Shown piece by piece: positions 36,775 through 45,951 of a stretch of DNA of 64,000 nt (position 1 is the first letter of the stretch; each line of letters starts with the position of its first letter). The notes beneath the pieces were generated by a model. That model was not told the DNA's origin. It saw only the letters and a list, made by a program, of their open reading frames with translations, and searched no databases. The DNA comes from an uncultured Halanaerobiales bacterium. GTDB lineage: Bacteria; Bacillota; Halanaerobiia; Halanaerobiales; M55B127. A program made the translations under genes and the position numbers. The DNA lies in NCBI GenBank assembly GCA_964430875.1, contig CAYSHP010000007.1:1736-65735 (forward strand). Reading direction: 5' to 3'.

Positions 36775-38299
36775 TCATCTTTGCACCAATTTCATATTTA
36801 TCATACTGATCTTGCGTAAATATATCTACAAGTTTTCCTTCATGGATAACTCCAATTCTATCACTTACTTCCATTAGTTCATCTAAATCTTCATTGATAT
36901 ATAATACTGCTGTATTCTTTGACCTCAAATCAACTAATCTATTAAATACAAATTCCACAGAAGCCATATCTAAGCCAGCAGTTGGACTGTGAGTTACCAA
37001 TAAATCCAAATCATTTATCAAAGCTCTTCCAATAACTACTCTTTGTATATTACCGCCTGAAAGCTTGCCAATTTGCTGTTCTTCATCAGGAGTTTTTACT
37101 TCATATTCATCTATTATTTCTTTGGTTTCTTTTTTAACTTTATTCCATTTAACTATACCATTTTGTTGAAATTGATCTTCTCGCTGGTGTCCCAATAAAA
37201 CATTATCTTTTATATCCCCTAGTCCTAAAATAGATTCATTTTTTCTGTCTTCAGGTATATAAAAGACATTTCTTTTAAAAATCTGATTTGTAGTAAGTCC
37301 ATTTACTTTTTTACCTTTTAAAATAATTTCTCCTTCAGTAATGTTATTGGGATCAATTAAAACTTCCGCCAGCTCTTTTTGGCCATTACCGGAAATCCCA
37401 GCTATACCAAGTATTTCACCCCCATAAATATCAAAAGAGATAGAATCTAAATTAGTGCCATCTTTTTCTTTTGATTTAGCCGAAACATTTTTGAGACTTA
37501 AGATAGGTTCTTTAGATTTTTCAACCTCCGGTATATCTATTATGGGAATAGCGCTTTCTGTAATATTTATTTCTTGATTTTGGAACATTAGTTTGACTAA
37601 ATCTTCTTTTGTAACATCTTCAGTATCTACGGTACCCTGCATTACACCACCTGTTAACACACTTGCCCGATCACAGGCCTTTAAAACTTCTTTTATTTTA
37701 TGGGTGATAAAAACAATGGTAACCCCATTTTGCACCATTTTTTTAAGAGAATCTAATAATTGTTCAAATTCCTTTTCTACTAAGGAAGTAGTAGGTTCAT
37801 CTAAAATTAAAATATTAGCTCCTCTATAAATAGCCCGAATTATTTCAACCTTTTTTTGCACTCCAGCTGGTAGTTCTTTTACTTTAGTATCAAGGGGAAA
37901 TTGTAAACCAAAATCCTTTTGTAGTTTTAAGATTTCCTCTTTTGCCTCCCCTAGTTCTAAATTTAATTTACTACCTTCAGTACCTAAAATTAAATTTTCA
38001 AGAGCAGTAAATTCTGGCACTAAAGTAGAGCTTTGATGAATCATTCCAATACCTTTTTTTATAGAATCAATAGGAGAATTAAATTTAACTTTTTCTCCCT
38101 TTATATAAATTTCACCTTCATCTTCATTATAAAGACCATATAATACATTCATTAAAGTAGATTTACCGGCACCATTCTCTCCTAATAAACCATGGATTTC
38201 ACCTTTATTTAGATCAAAATTAACTTTATCTAAAGCCTGAACTGGACCAAAACTTTTACTTATATTTTTAGCTTCTAACACTTTATTTGTATTAGCCAT
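36764..38299 (-). CDS. Nucleoside/sugar ABC transporter ATP-binding protein (tandem ABC domains)
   Basis: 511 aa. Walker A GENGAGKST, LSGGNIQR, and two nucleotide-binding domains. Confidence 0.9.
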   Translation of the reverse strand: MANTNKVLEAKNISKSFGPVQALDKVNFDLNKGEIHGLLGENGAGKSTLMNVLYGLYNEDEGEIYIKGEKVKFNSPIDSIKKGIGMIHQSSTLVPEFTALENLILGTEGSKLNLELGEAKEEILKLQKDFGLQFPLDTKVKELPAGVQKKVEIIRAIYRGANILILDEPTTSLVEKEFEQLLDSLKKMVQNGVTIVFITHKIKEVLKACDRASVLTGGVMQGTVDTEDVTKEDLVKLMFQNQEINITESAIPIIDIPEVEKSKEPILSLKNVSAKSKEKDGTNLDSISFDIYGGEILGIAGISGNGQKELAEVLIDPNNITEGEIILKGKKVNGLTTNQIFKRNVFYIPEDRKNESILGLGDIKDNVLLGHQREDQFQQNGIVKWNKVKKETKEIIDEYEVKTPDEEQQIGKLSGGNIQRVVIGRALINDLDLLVTHSPTAGLDMASVEFVFNRLVDLRSKNTAVLYINEDLDELMEVSDRIGVIHEGKLVDIFTQDQYDKYEIGAKMIGG

Positions 38300-38426
38300 A
38301 TTGCAAACTCACTCTCTTTTTTAAATATTTTTATTTAAAATGTCTCAAGAAAACTCCATCTAAATCTTATTTTTAATTCAGGTGGAGTAATTGACTAATC
38401 TATCAATAATTAAATTAAAATCAAGA

Positions 38427-38453
38427 TTGCTGCCTGATAACCACAGGCAGCAA
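38427..38453 (-). other. Stem-loop after the binding-protein gene (partial terminator or stabiliser typical of ABC operons)
   Basis: Minus strand UUGCUGCCUG-UGGUUAU-CAGGCAGCAA: a 10 bp stem with a weak U tract. Confidence 0.5.
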
Positions 38454-38488
38454 ATTATAAACTATTAATTTGAATATTTTAATAATCT

Positions 38489-39499
38489 TTAGTCTAGATC
38501 TATTTCAGATAAATTTTTCTCTACTTTTATCTCGCCACTTGCTACTTTTTCTGCAATATCTTTAACCCAGTTATTAACTTCATCAGACACATTATCTACA
38601 GGAAGTTTAAGATAACGAGACTTTTCTGGACCATATTCCATGGGAATAAAGTTGCTTGTTTGACCTGATTTAATTTTTTCAATTGCTTCAAAAACAACAG
38701 GATTATATCTAAATAAATCTGAAGTTAGATGATGTTCTGGTGCTTGATTATACTTATTAGTATAAGTGGTTGTTACATATACTTGTCTTTCAGCATTTTC
38801 AACGGCTCTAAATAAACCATAATTTCCTAAGTTAACTCCACTAATAATTACATCTATACCCTGTGAAATCAATGCTTCAGCACTTTGTTTGGTTTTTACA
38901 GGGTCATTAAAGTCTCCTACATAAATATATTTAAACTCAACTTCAGGTTTATAGGTATCAATTGCCTGGTTAATTGCATTAACTTCACCATAAGTAAAGG
39001 GAAGTTCTAATCCACCGATATAACCTATTTTGTTAGTTTCTGTTACTTGAGTAGCTAAAGCTCCTAATACATAAAAGCCTGGATAATAATTACGTTCTAA
39101 AAGAGTAATATTAGGATATTCTTCTTCTAAAGGCATATCGCCTTCAATTATGAAAGCCACTTCTGGAAATTCCGGAGCTACTTCAAATACTGCTTCATTA
39201 AACTGTGCACCATGAGCCCAAATAATACCATAACCGCTAGATGCATATTCACTTAAAACACGAGCAGCATCTGGTACAGCAACTTGCTCAGAATAAGAAA
39301 CTTCTAGCCCTAATTCTTCTTCAACGGCCTCCATTGTCCTATAACCGGTCGCATTATAATCCGCATCCTGGATTGAGCCCGGGAAGATTACAGCAAACTT
39401 ATCCATATCTTGAGCCATTACACTATTACTAATTGAAACAAGACTTAACACCAACATTAAAGTTATTGTTAGAACACTAATAAAGCTAATTTTTTTCAT
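38489..39499 (-). CDS. BMP-family (Med/PnrA-like) nucleoside-binding periplasmic protein
   Basis: The ORF is 38489..39595. The start is moved to ATG at 39499 (RBS AGGAGG), giving MKKISFISVLT. SPase-I type signal (SVMA/QD) with no lipobox Cys. The mature protein is very acidic. Confidence 0.9.
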   Translation of the reverse strand: MKKISFISVLTITLMLVLSLVSISNSVMAQDMDKFAVIFPGSIQDADYNATGYRTMEAVEEELGLEVSYSEQVAVPDAARVLSEYASSGYGIIWAHGAQFNEAVFEVAPEFPEVAFIIEGDMPLEEEYPNITLLERNYYPGFYVLGALATQVTETNKIGYIGGLELPFTYGEVNAINQAIDTYKPEVEFKYIYVGDFNDPVKTKQSAEALISQGIDVIISGVNLGNYGLFRAVENAERQVYVTTTYTNKYNQAPEHHLTSDLFRYNPVVFEAIEKIKSGQTSNFIPMEYGPEKSRYLKLPVDNVSDEVNNWVKDIAEKVASGEIKVEKNLSEIDLD

Positions 39500-39685
39500 T
39501 TTAACTTGCCTCCTATTATTGTTGGAATATTTATTCATAGATACAGTAAATATAAAAGCAAAACCACTCCTTTCTTTCCCTTTTATATTAACCATTATAA
39601 CATATTTTTTAAAAAAATATTATGTTTATAAACATTAATATTAATAATATTTTTTGTAAATTATTACAAATATATTATATTTTAT

Positions 39686-40708
39686 TTATAACTTTCTCTT
39701 AAAGATTTCTGCTGCTTCTAAAATATCCTCTCTATTTACATCTAGATGTGTTACAGCTCTTAGTTTATCATGTAAAACACTAACTCTTAAACCATCTTCT
39801 AATAACTTTTCAGCAAACTGAGCTGAATTTTGCCCTTTTATCTTAAATATAACAATATTTGTATCCACAGTCTCGGGATCAATCTCTACTCTATCTAATT
39901 CAGCTAACTTCTCTGCTAACAGTTTTGCATTTCCATTATCTACCTTTAATCTTTCAAGATTATTTTCAAGAGCATAGATTCCACCGGCTGCAATGATACC
40001 AGCCTGACGCATAGCTCCCCCTAATCTCTGTTTCCAATACCGAGCTTCATTAATAAACTCACTTGATCCCGCCAATACTGAGCCAACAGGTGCTCCTAAT
40101 CCTTTACTTAAATCAAACCAAACCGAATCAAAGTTAGCGGCATATTTTTTTGCAGAAATACCAGTTGCTGCAACTGCATTAAAAAGCCTTGCTCCATCCA
40201 TATGGGTTTTTAAACCCAGTTCATGAGCTCTTTCGGTAAGCTTATTTATTAATTTAAGCGGCCAAACTCTGCCTCCACCTAAATTAGAGGTTTGTTCAAT
40301 TGATAAAACCTTACTCTGTGGGTCATGATAATCTTTAGTCCTAACTGCCTTTTCAAACTGATCTAATTGAAAAATACCTTTTTCACCTTCTAAACCCCGA
40401 ATGGTAGCCCCACTTATGACAGCCGTAGCTCCGCCTTCATAATGAATAGGGTGAGCACTTTGATCCATAATAACCTCATCACCAGGATTACAGTGAACAG
40501 CAAAAGAAATTTGGTTAGCCATCAATCCTGAAGGTAGATAGACTGCTTCTTCTTTACCTAAAAGTTCAGATGCCATTTCTGTTAATTTATTTACACTAGG
40601 ATCTTCAAATAACTGTTCATCACCGACTTCAGCTTCAGCCATGAATTTTCTCATCTCATCTGAGGGTCTTGTACCAGTATCACTAAATAAATCAATCTTT
40701 ATTTCCAT
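39686..40708 (-). CDS. ltaE: Low-specificity L-threonine aldolase (PLP, beta-eliminating lyase fold)
   Basis: The start is moved to ATG at 40708 (GGAGAGG 8 nt upstream). Motifs: DLFSDTGTRP, VYLPSGLMANQ, and a FDLSKGLGAP PLP-Lys region. Confidence 0.82.
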   Translation of the reverse strand: MEIKIDLFSDTGTRPSDEMRKFMAEAEVGDEQLFEDPSVNKLTEMASELLGKEEAVYLPSGLMANQISFAVHCNPGDEVIMDQSAHPIHYEGGATAVISGATIRGLEGEKGIFQLDQFEKAVRTKDYHDPQSKVLSIEQTSNLGGGRVWPLKLINKLTERAHELGLKTHMDGARLFNAVAATGISAKKYAANFDSVWFDLSKGLGAPVGSVLAGSSEFINEARYWKQRLGGAMRQAGIIAAGGIYALENNLERLKVDNGNAKLLAEKLAELDRVEIDPETVDTNIVIFKIKGQNSAQFAEKLLEDGLRVSVLHDKLRAVTHLDVNREDILEAAEIFKRKL

Positions 40709-40722
40709 AAATTTCACCTCTC

Positions 40723-41040
40723 CTAAATTAATGTGAAAATATATAAATATAACATACCTAAAAATACTGTAGTAAAGATGCTCCTTGTAAAATATGCAGT
40801 GATAAAAGTGGGTATTGCAGCTAATAGATAATGATTACTCAAAGATATATCAACTGCTCCTTCTGTAATAAAAAGAGCTGGAGCTAATAATGATGCAAGA
40901 ATAGCTGGACCTACAAACTTTAAAATTCTAACTAAAATATCAGGAATTTTAACCTTTGAAAGAAGAGTTACCGGTAACATTCGAGGAATATATGTTACTA
41001 AAGTCATACCCAATATCATTAATATATATTTAGATTGCAT
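40723..41040 (-). CDS. azlD: AzlD-family branched-chain amino acid transport protein
   Basis: 105 aa, 4 TM segments. Overlaps azlC by 11 nt. Confidence 0.8.
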   Translation of the reverse strand: MQSKYILMILGMTLVTYIPRMLPVTLLSKVKIPDILVRILKFVGPAILASLLAPALFITEGAVDISLSNHYLLAAIPTFITAYFTRSIFTTVFLGMLYLYIFTLI

Positions 41041-41734
41041 TTTCTATTACCACCCCTGCTACTGCTGCAGTTACTGTTGCCACTATTATATTCCAATTTC
41101 CCGGTAAAATAAAGTAAAAAACAATTGATAGTAATGCAGCCATGATGGAAACTACTATATCCATTTTTTCATTGATCTGTAAAATAAGTAAGATTATAAA
41201 CATAGCGGGTAGGACAAATCCAATCACAGGAATTTCAAAGTTTAATATATACCTGCCAATAATCACACCGGCCAGTGAACTAAAAACCCAGCCCAGGTAA
41301 GCACTTAAACCCATTGCTAAAAAGAAAATTCCTTTATTTTCCTCTTCATCTTTTATAAGGGTATTACCTAAAGCATAAGATTCATCAGTTATCACAAAGC
41401 CAATAATAGGAAGCAACTTTTGAGGGGTATTTTTGAAATGTAAACTTAAAGATGCACTCATTAAAATATGCCTAAGATTTACCAAAAAAGTAGTCATAAC
41501 AATTGGGATAAGAGCTGCTTGAGCAGTTAACATATTTACTGCTATAAGTTGAGATGACCCTGCAAAAACAAAAATAGACATACCAACGATAAGGTAAGGA
41601 GATAAGTCAGTCTGCAAAGCCAAAATCCCATAGCTGATTCCAATTGGCATATAACCTAAGATAACTGGTATTGATTTTTTAAAACCAGATATAATACTTT
41701 TTTTGTAGTTCAAAATAAAAAACTCCCTTCCCAT
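41030..41734 (-). CDS. azlC: AzlC-family branched-chain amino acid exporter
   Basis: 234 aa with FAGSSQ and NLRH motifs. Confidence 0.85.
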   Translation of the reverse strand: MGREFFILNYKKSIISGFKKSIPVILGYMPIGISYGILALQTDLSPYLIVGMSIFVFAGSSQLIAVNMLTAQAALIPIVMTTFLVNLRHILMSASLSLHFKNTPQKLLPIIGFVITDESYALGNTLIKDEEENKGIFFLAMGLSAYLGWVFSSLAGVIIGRYILNFEIPVIGFVLPAMFIILLILQINEKMDIVVSIMAALLSIVFYFILPGNWNIIVATVTAAVAGVVIENAI

Positions 41735-41739
41735 TAATA

Positions 41740-42507
41740 TTATATTTCGGGAAGGGCTATCTCAATTCCTCTTGCTTTTTCATTAATTTTTATATCAATT
41801 CCGTAAGCATTACCCAGATTACGGCCAGTCATTATCTCATTGGTATCCCCATCTGCCATTATTGAGCCATCTTTAACAATGATTACTCGGTCACAATACT
41901 TTAAGGCAAGATTAGGATCATGCAAAGCCATAATTACTCCGGTATTACTGTTCCGTGTTAATTTTTTAATTTCTCTCATTAAGAGATTCTTATTTTTAAA
42001 GTCAAGATGGGAAGTAGGTTCATCCATGATTAAATAGCCCGTATCCTGCATAAGGGCTCTAGCAATTAAGATTAGTTGTTTTTCACCACCACTTAGCTGA
42101 TTATACTGTCTATCAGCCAGGTATTCAATATCCAACTTTTTAAGTATCTTAAGAGCTCGCTCATAATGTTTTTGTCCAGGCATCTTTCCAAAACCCAGAT
42201 AGGGGGTTGCGCCCATTGTAACTACATCCAGGACTCTATAGGAAAAAACCACTGAATGCTCCTGGGGTACCATACTAACATATTGAGCAATCTGCCTTTG
42301 ATTTAATTCATCTAAATCAGTTTGATCTATCTTTATTTTTCCTTCGTCTTTTTCTAAAACTCCATTTAAACATTTTAAAATAGTTGTTTTACCAGAACCA
42401 TTAGCACCCAAAAGGCAGGAAAACTCCTGCCTTTTGACCCTGAAGTTTATGTTATTGATGGTTTTAACTTTATTATATGAAAACCCTAAATTTTTAACTT
42501 CTAACAT
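41740..42507 (-). CDS. Type-II ABC importer ATPase (FepC/BtuD/MolC-like)
   Basis: 255 aa. GANGSGKTT, LSGGEKQ, LIMDEP and H-loop HD. Confidence 0.9.
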   Translation of the reverse strand: MLEVKNLGFSYNKVKTINNINFRVKRQEFSCLLGANGSGKTTILKCLNGVLEKDEGKIKIDQTDLDELNQRQIAQYVSMVPQEHSVVFSYRVLDVVTMGATPYLGFGKMPGQKHYERALKILKKLDIEYLADRQYNQLSGGEKQLILIARALMQDTGYLIMDEPTSHLDFKNKNLLMREIKKLTRNSNTGVIMALHDPNLALKYCDRVIIVKDGSIMADGDTNEIMTGRNLGNAYGIDIKINEKARGIEIALPEI

Positions 42508-42524
42508 ATTTACACCTTCTATTT

Positions 42525-43532
42525 CTATAGGTTGCTTCCACCTAATTCTTGATAACTTTGTTCATATAAAGTATTGTAATATTCATTAACTATTTTTTCA
42601 ATATCTAGATCGTCATACATTTCAGGATATAATTTTTCAGCTAACCAGACAATCCCTAGATAAGAAGAAGGACTTGGAAAATCCCAAGGTTCAACTTTAG
42701 AGGGAAATCTATAAATATTCTCATTTTTAACAGCTTTAAGCTGTTGTAATTCTGGTCGGTTTGATAGATCTTCTATAGTACCACTATAATATTGTGAAAC
42801 TACAATTACATCTGGATTCCATTTAATTAATTCTTCTAAAGAGGTTTTTATAAATCCTGTTTTTACTTCTTTAGCAGGATTAATACCCCCTGCTAATTCG
42901 ATCATGCTGGTCTGTAACATATTCTTGCCAACTGTATCAAATAAATCTGAATTTGCAAAGTATACTTCTTTCCTGTCAATAATTTCATTTGTATTATCTA
43001 CTATCTTAAGTATTTTATTATATTGATCTATTACCTCTTCAGCTCTTTTCTCAGCATCTAAAGCTTTTCCTAAAATTCTGGTAGTTTCCTTGATTTGAGC
43101 ATAACTTTCAGGCACTATTATAATTGAAGCTATACCAAATTCTTTTAATTTCTTGGCAACCTTAGGTCCATCATTGTAGGGAAATAAAATTACTAAATCA
43201 GGATCTACTTCAATGATCTGTTCTAAGTTTAAACCATGTCTTTTCGAACCTACATTTGGAAGTTTTTCTCCTTCATATAATTTTTGGAACAAGGAAATCT
43301 TTTCAAAACTTAGATCAGAAGCTACTAATCTATCTTGAGCATTAAGGCAAAATACAAATTGAGTTGCAGAACGATATGTTGTCACTATTCTATTTACTTC
43401 ATCTGGTACTTCAACTTTTCTACCTGTCATATCAGTGACCAGCTTCCCGGCAAAAGCAGATGAAGTGACCATTAAACCTATGACTAATACCATTGTTATG
43501 ATTATTGCAAATTTTCTAGAATAATTTTTCAA
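42525..43532 (-). CDS. Class-III periplasmic binding protein (FecB/BtuF/MolA-like)
   Basis: 335 aa. TTG start after AAGGAGG. SPase-I signal (SSAFA/GK). PDLVI and NPDVIVV motifs of the PF01497-type fold. Confidence 0.85.
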   Translation of the reverse strand: MKNYSRKFAIIITMVLVIGLMVTSSAFAGKLVTDMTGRKVEVPDEVNRIVTTYRSATQFVFCLNAQDRLVASDLSFEKISLFQKLYEGEKLPNVGSKRHGLNLEQIIEVDPDLVILFPYNDGPKVAKKLKEFGIASIIIVPESYAQIKETTRILGKALDAEKRAEEVIDQYNKILKIVDNTNEIIDRKEVYFANSDLFDTVGKNMLQTSMIELAGGINPAKEVKTGFIKTSLEELIKWNPDVIVVSQYYSGTIEDLSNRPELQQLKAVKNENIYRFPSKVEPWDFPSPSSYLGIVWLAEKLYPEMYDDLDIEKIVNEYYNTLYEQSYQELGGSNL

Positions 43533-43555
43533 AGTTAATTCCTCCTTATGTTTTT

Positions 43556-43579
43556 CGTTATTTGTAACCTCATATAACG
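43556..43579. promoter_or_regulatory. ModE-type operator-like inverted repeat
   Basis: CGTTATTTG-N6-CATATAACG (8 of 9 positions symmetric) lies 24-47 nt upstream of the binding-protein start codon. It resembles the remembered E. coli ModE site pattern CGnTATAT-N6-ATATAnCG. An overlapping ATAACGTTAT palindrome lies at 43574-43583. Confidence 0.5.
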
Positions 43580-43596
43580 TTATTAAAAAAATAATT

Positions 43597-43962
43597 TTAC
43601 TCTTTTAATTTATCTTTGAATTTTTGAGTAAAATATTTTGTTTCCAATTTAGACATTTCGCGCCTGGCTTCAGTTCTAAAGTTTAAAAAAGTATCCATAA
43701 TTAATCTACCTTTTTTGGTTAAAGTAGAACCTCCACCTTCAGCTCCACCAACCTGTTTTTCTAATAATTTAAATCCCAGCTTCTTTTCTAATTTGTCGAT
43801 TAATTGCCAGGCTTGGCTATAGGACATATTTATGGCTGCAGCAGCTTTGCTTAAAGAACCCAGTTTATCTACAAGTCTTAATATATCTGCTGGTCCGTCA
43901 CCGAAAAGGCGTTCTCCATCTTCTTCTAACCATAGTTTGTAATTCAACTTCATAAAAATCAT
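43597..43962 (-). CDS. ModE N-terminal-domain-like winged-helix regulator (no Mop domains)
   Basis: 121 aa. GDGPADILRLVDKLGSLSKAAAAINMSYSQAWQLIDKLEKKLGFKLLE..GGAEGGGSTLT matches the ModE/LysR-type HTH. The start could instead be ATG at 43953. Confidence 0.75.
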   Translation of the reverse strand: MIFMKLNYKLWLEEDGERLFGDGPADILRLVDKLGSLSKAAAAINMSYSQAWQLIDKLEKKLGFKLLEKQVGGAEGGGSTLTKKGRLIMDTFLNFRTEARREMSKLETKYFTQKFKDKLKE

Positions 43963-43964
43963 CC

Positions 43965-44567
43965 CTAATCATATTTGTTTTTATAATAAAGGTAATCATC
44001 ATAGTAATCTAAGTCTATGATTACCTTTTGGTTATCAATAGGATAATACTCAACTAAGTCTTTATGTTCTTCAATAAATGGTTTTAATCCCATCGGACCT
44101 TCTAACTTTTTCATTTCAGATAAGTATTTTGTACTAATAATCACCGGATGGCCCGGTTTATCATTATAAATAGGCATTATTATCTCAGAGGATGATTTTT
44201 CAAACTCACTTATAATATTATCAAATATATCTGGTGTAATCAATGGTTGATCTCCCAAAAATATTACCAAGTTTTTTGTGTTATTTGATAAATTATTAAT
44301 ACCCACTTTTAAACTACTGCTCATACCTCTGGTAAAATCAGGATTTTCTTTGATTCTAAAGCGGTTATCATCATAGTAATCTATTTTCTTTTTAACTCTC
44401 TCTGCTTCAGCACCTAAGACCACCCTGATCTCATCATCAATATATTCACTAGCTAATACATTATCAATAACTGTTTCCAGTATTGTCTTATCTTTCCAGG
44501 GTAACAGTTGTTTTAATTTTCCCATTCTATCCGCTTCACCAGCGGCTAATATAATAGCTGTATACAT
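43965..44567 (-). CDS. MobA/MocA-like molybdenum cofactor nucleotidyltransferase
   Basis: The ORF is 43965..44663. The start is moved to ATG at 44567, giving MYTAIILAAGEADRMG..KQLLPW, the NTP_transf_3 signature. This removes the overlap with the permease. Confidence 0.8.
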   Translation of the reverse strand: MYTAIILAAGEADRMGKLKQLLPWKDKTILETVIDNVLASEYIDDEIRVVLGAEAERVKKKIDYYDDNRFRIKENPDFTRGMSSSLKVGINNLSNNTKNLVIFLGDQPLITPDIFDNIISEFEKSSSEIIMPIYNDKPGHPVIISTKYLSEMKKLEGPMGLKPFIEEHKDLVEYYPIDNQKVIIDLDYYDDYLYYKNKYD

Positions 44568-44591
44568 AATAACCATCCTCTTGATTATAAA

Positions 44592-44611
44592 GGGGAGGAA
44601 ATTTCCTCCCC
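44592..44611. other. Perfect 20-nt GC-rich palindrome (intercistronic hairpin)
   Basis: GGGGAGGAAATTTCCTCCCC lies between the permease stop and the MocA start. On the minus strand only UUUAUAAU follows it. Confidence 0.4.
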
Positions 44612-44628
44612 CTTTTATATTTATATCT

Positions 44629-45951
44629 TTATAAAAACAAGAAGTATGCAATAAATACTGCACCTAATACATAAACTAATGTATTTACTTCTTTTCCTCT
44701 ACCAGTAAATAACTTAATTAGAGGGTAAATAATAAAGCCTAAAGCAATTCCATTAGAAATTGAATATGTTAAGGGCATTGCGATCATAGCAATAAAGGCT
44801 GGTAATACTTCAGTGAAATCATCCCAGTCTAAGTCACTTACATTAGTCATCATCATAGTACCTACTATAACTAAAGCAGGGGCAGTAGCTGCACCGGGCA
44901 CTAGACCAATTAATGGTCTAAAGAACAATGCTAAGAAAAATAGGATAGCAGTAACTACACCTGTTAAACCTGTTCTACCACCTTCAGCAACACCGGCAGC
45001 AGACTCAATATATGTTGTAACTGTACTGGTACCAAAGAGCGCACCACCAGTAGTACCAATCGCATCAGCCAAGAGAGCATTACTTGCTTTTGGTAGGTTA
45101 CCATCTTCATCAATATAGCCAGCCTGTTTACTTACTCCTACCAGAGTACCGGCTGTATCAAAAAGGTCAACAAATAAGAATGATAATAAGACTCCTACCA
45201 TACTTAATCTTAAAGCTGAAGCAATATCTAATTGGAATAAAACTTGGTTCCAATCAGCCATCTTAGGCATTGCAAAAATACCATTAAAAGCTGGGGTTAC
45301 ACCATTTGTCCAGCCAAAAGCTGTCGCTATTAAGATACCCCAGAGGAGTGATCCTTTTATTTTAAGGGAATGTAAAATTCCAGTTACTATTAAACCAATC
45401 AGGGCAACTAAAGCAGGCCCTGATAATAATGAACCCATACTTACTAAAGTAGCTTCATCATTAACAACGATTCCAGCATTTTGTAGTCCGATAAAAGCAA
45501 TAAATAAACCTATACCAGCACTAATACCAGTTTTTAGATTCATTGGTATAGAGTTAACTATCTTTTTCCGGACCGGCGTCACACTTAAGACAATAAAGAT
45601 TATACCTTCTATAAATATTATCCCTAAAGCGGTCTGCCAGGATACACCCATACCAATAACTACAGAATAAGCAAAAAATGCATTTAAGCCCATACCTGAA
45701 GCTAGTGCAAATGGATAATTTGTTAAGAAAGCCATCGCCAAAGTACCTAAAATAATACCAGCAATTGTAGCAATAAATACTCCATTAAAAGGCATCCCTG
45801 CTTCACTAAGGATTGATGGGTTTACAAATATAATATAAGCCATGGTTAAAAAGGTTGTAAATCCAGCAATTACCTCAGTCTTAGGATCGGTATTGTTCTC
45901 TTTAAGTTTAAATACCTTTTCCAGGAAGCCTCCGTCATTCATTTCGTTCAT
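44629..45951 (-). CDS. NCS2/AzgA-type adenine-guanine-hypoxanthine permease
   Basis: ATG at 45951 (RBS AAGGAGGG). TEVIAGFTTFLTMAYIIFVNP is the hallmark N-terminus of PbuG/GhxQ-type permeases. Confidence 0.9.
   Translation of the reverse strand: MNEMNDGGFLEKVFKLKENNTDPKTEVIAGFTTFLTMAYIIFVNPSILSEAGMPFNGVFIATIAGIILGTLAMAFLTNYPFALASGMGLNAFFAYSVVIGMGVSWQTALGIIFIEGIIFIVLSVTPVRKKIVNSIPMNLKTGISAGIGLFIAFIGLQNAGIVVNDEATLVSMGSLLSGPALVALIGLIVTGILHSLKIKGSLLWGILIATAFGWTNGVTPAFNGIFAMPKMADWNQVLFQLDIASALRLSMVGVLLSFLFVDLFDTAGTLVGVSKQAGYIDEDGNLPKASNALLADAIGTTGGALFGTSTVTTYIESAAGVAEGGRTGLTGVVTAILFFLALFFRPLIGLVPGAATAPALVIVGTMMMTNVSDLDWDDFTEVLPAFIAMIAMPLTYSISNGIALGFIIYPLIKLFTGRGKEVNTLVYVLGAVFIAYFLFL

Noticed and set aside
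38489-39595. Long N-terminal extensions in track ORFs: 38489-39595, 17132-17653, 43965-44663, 50472-51842, 54454-55857, 59624-61018 and 23515-24204
   Set aside because: Internal ATG codons preceded by good Shine-Dalgarno sequences give N-termini that match family norms (signal peptide, MFDLIPRR, MYTAIILAAG and so on). They also remove overlaps with neighbouring genes. The extensions are read-through of upstream non-coding sequence.
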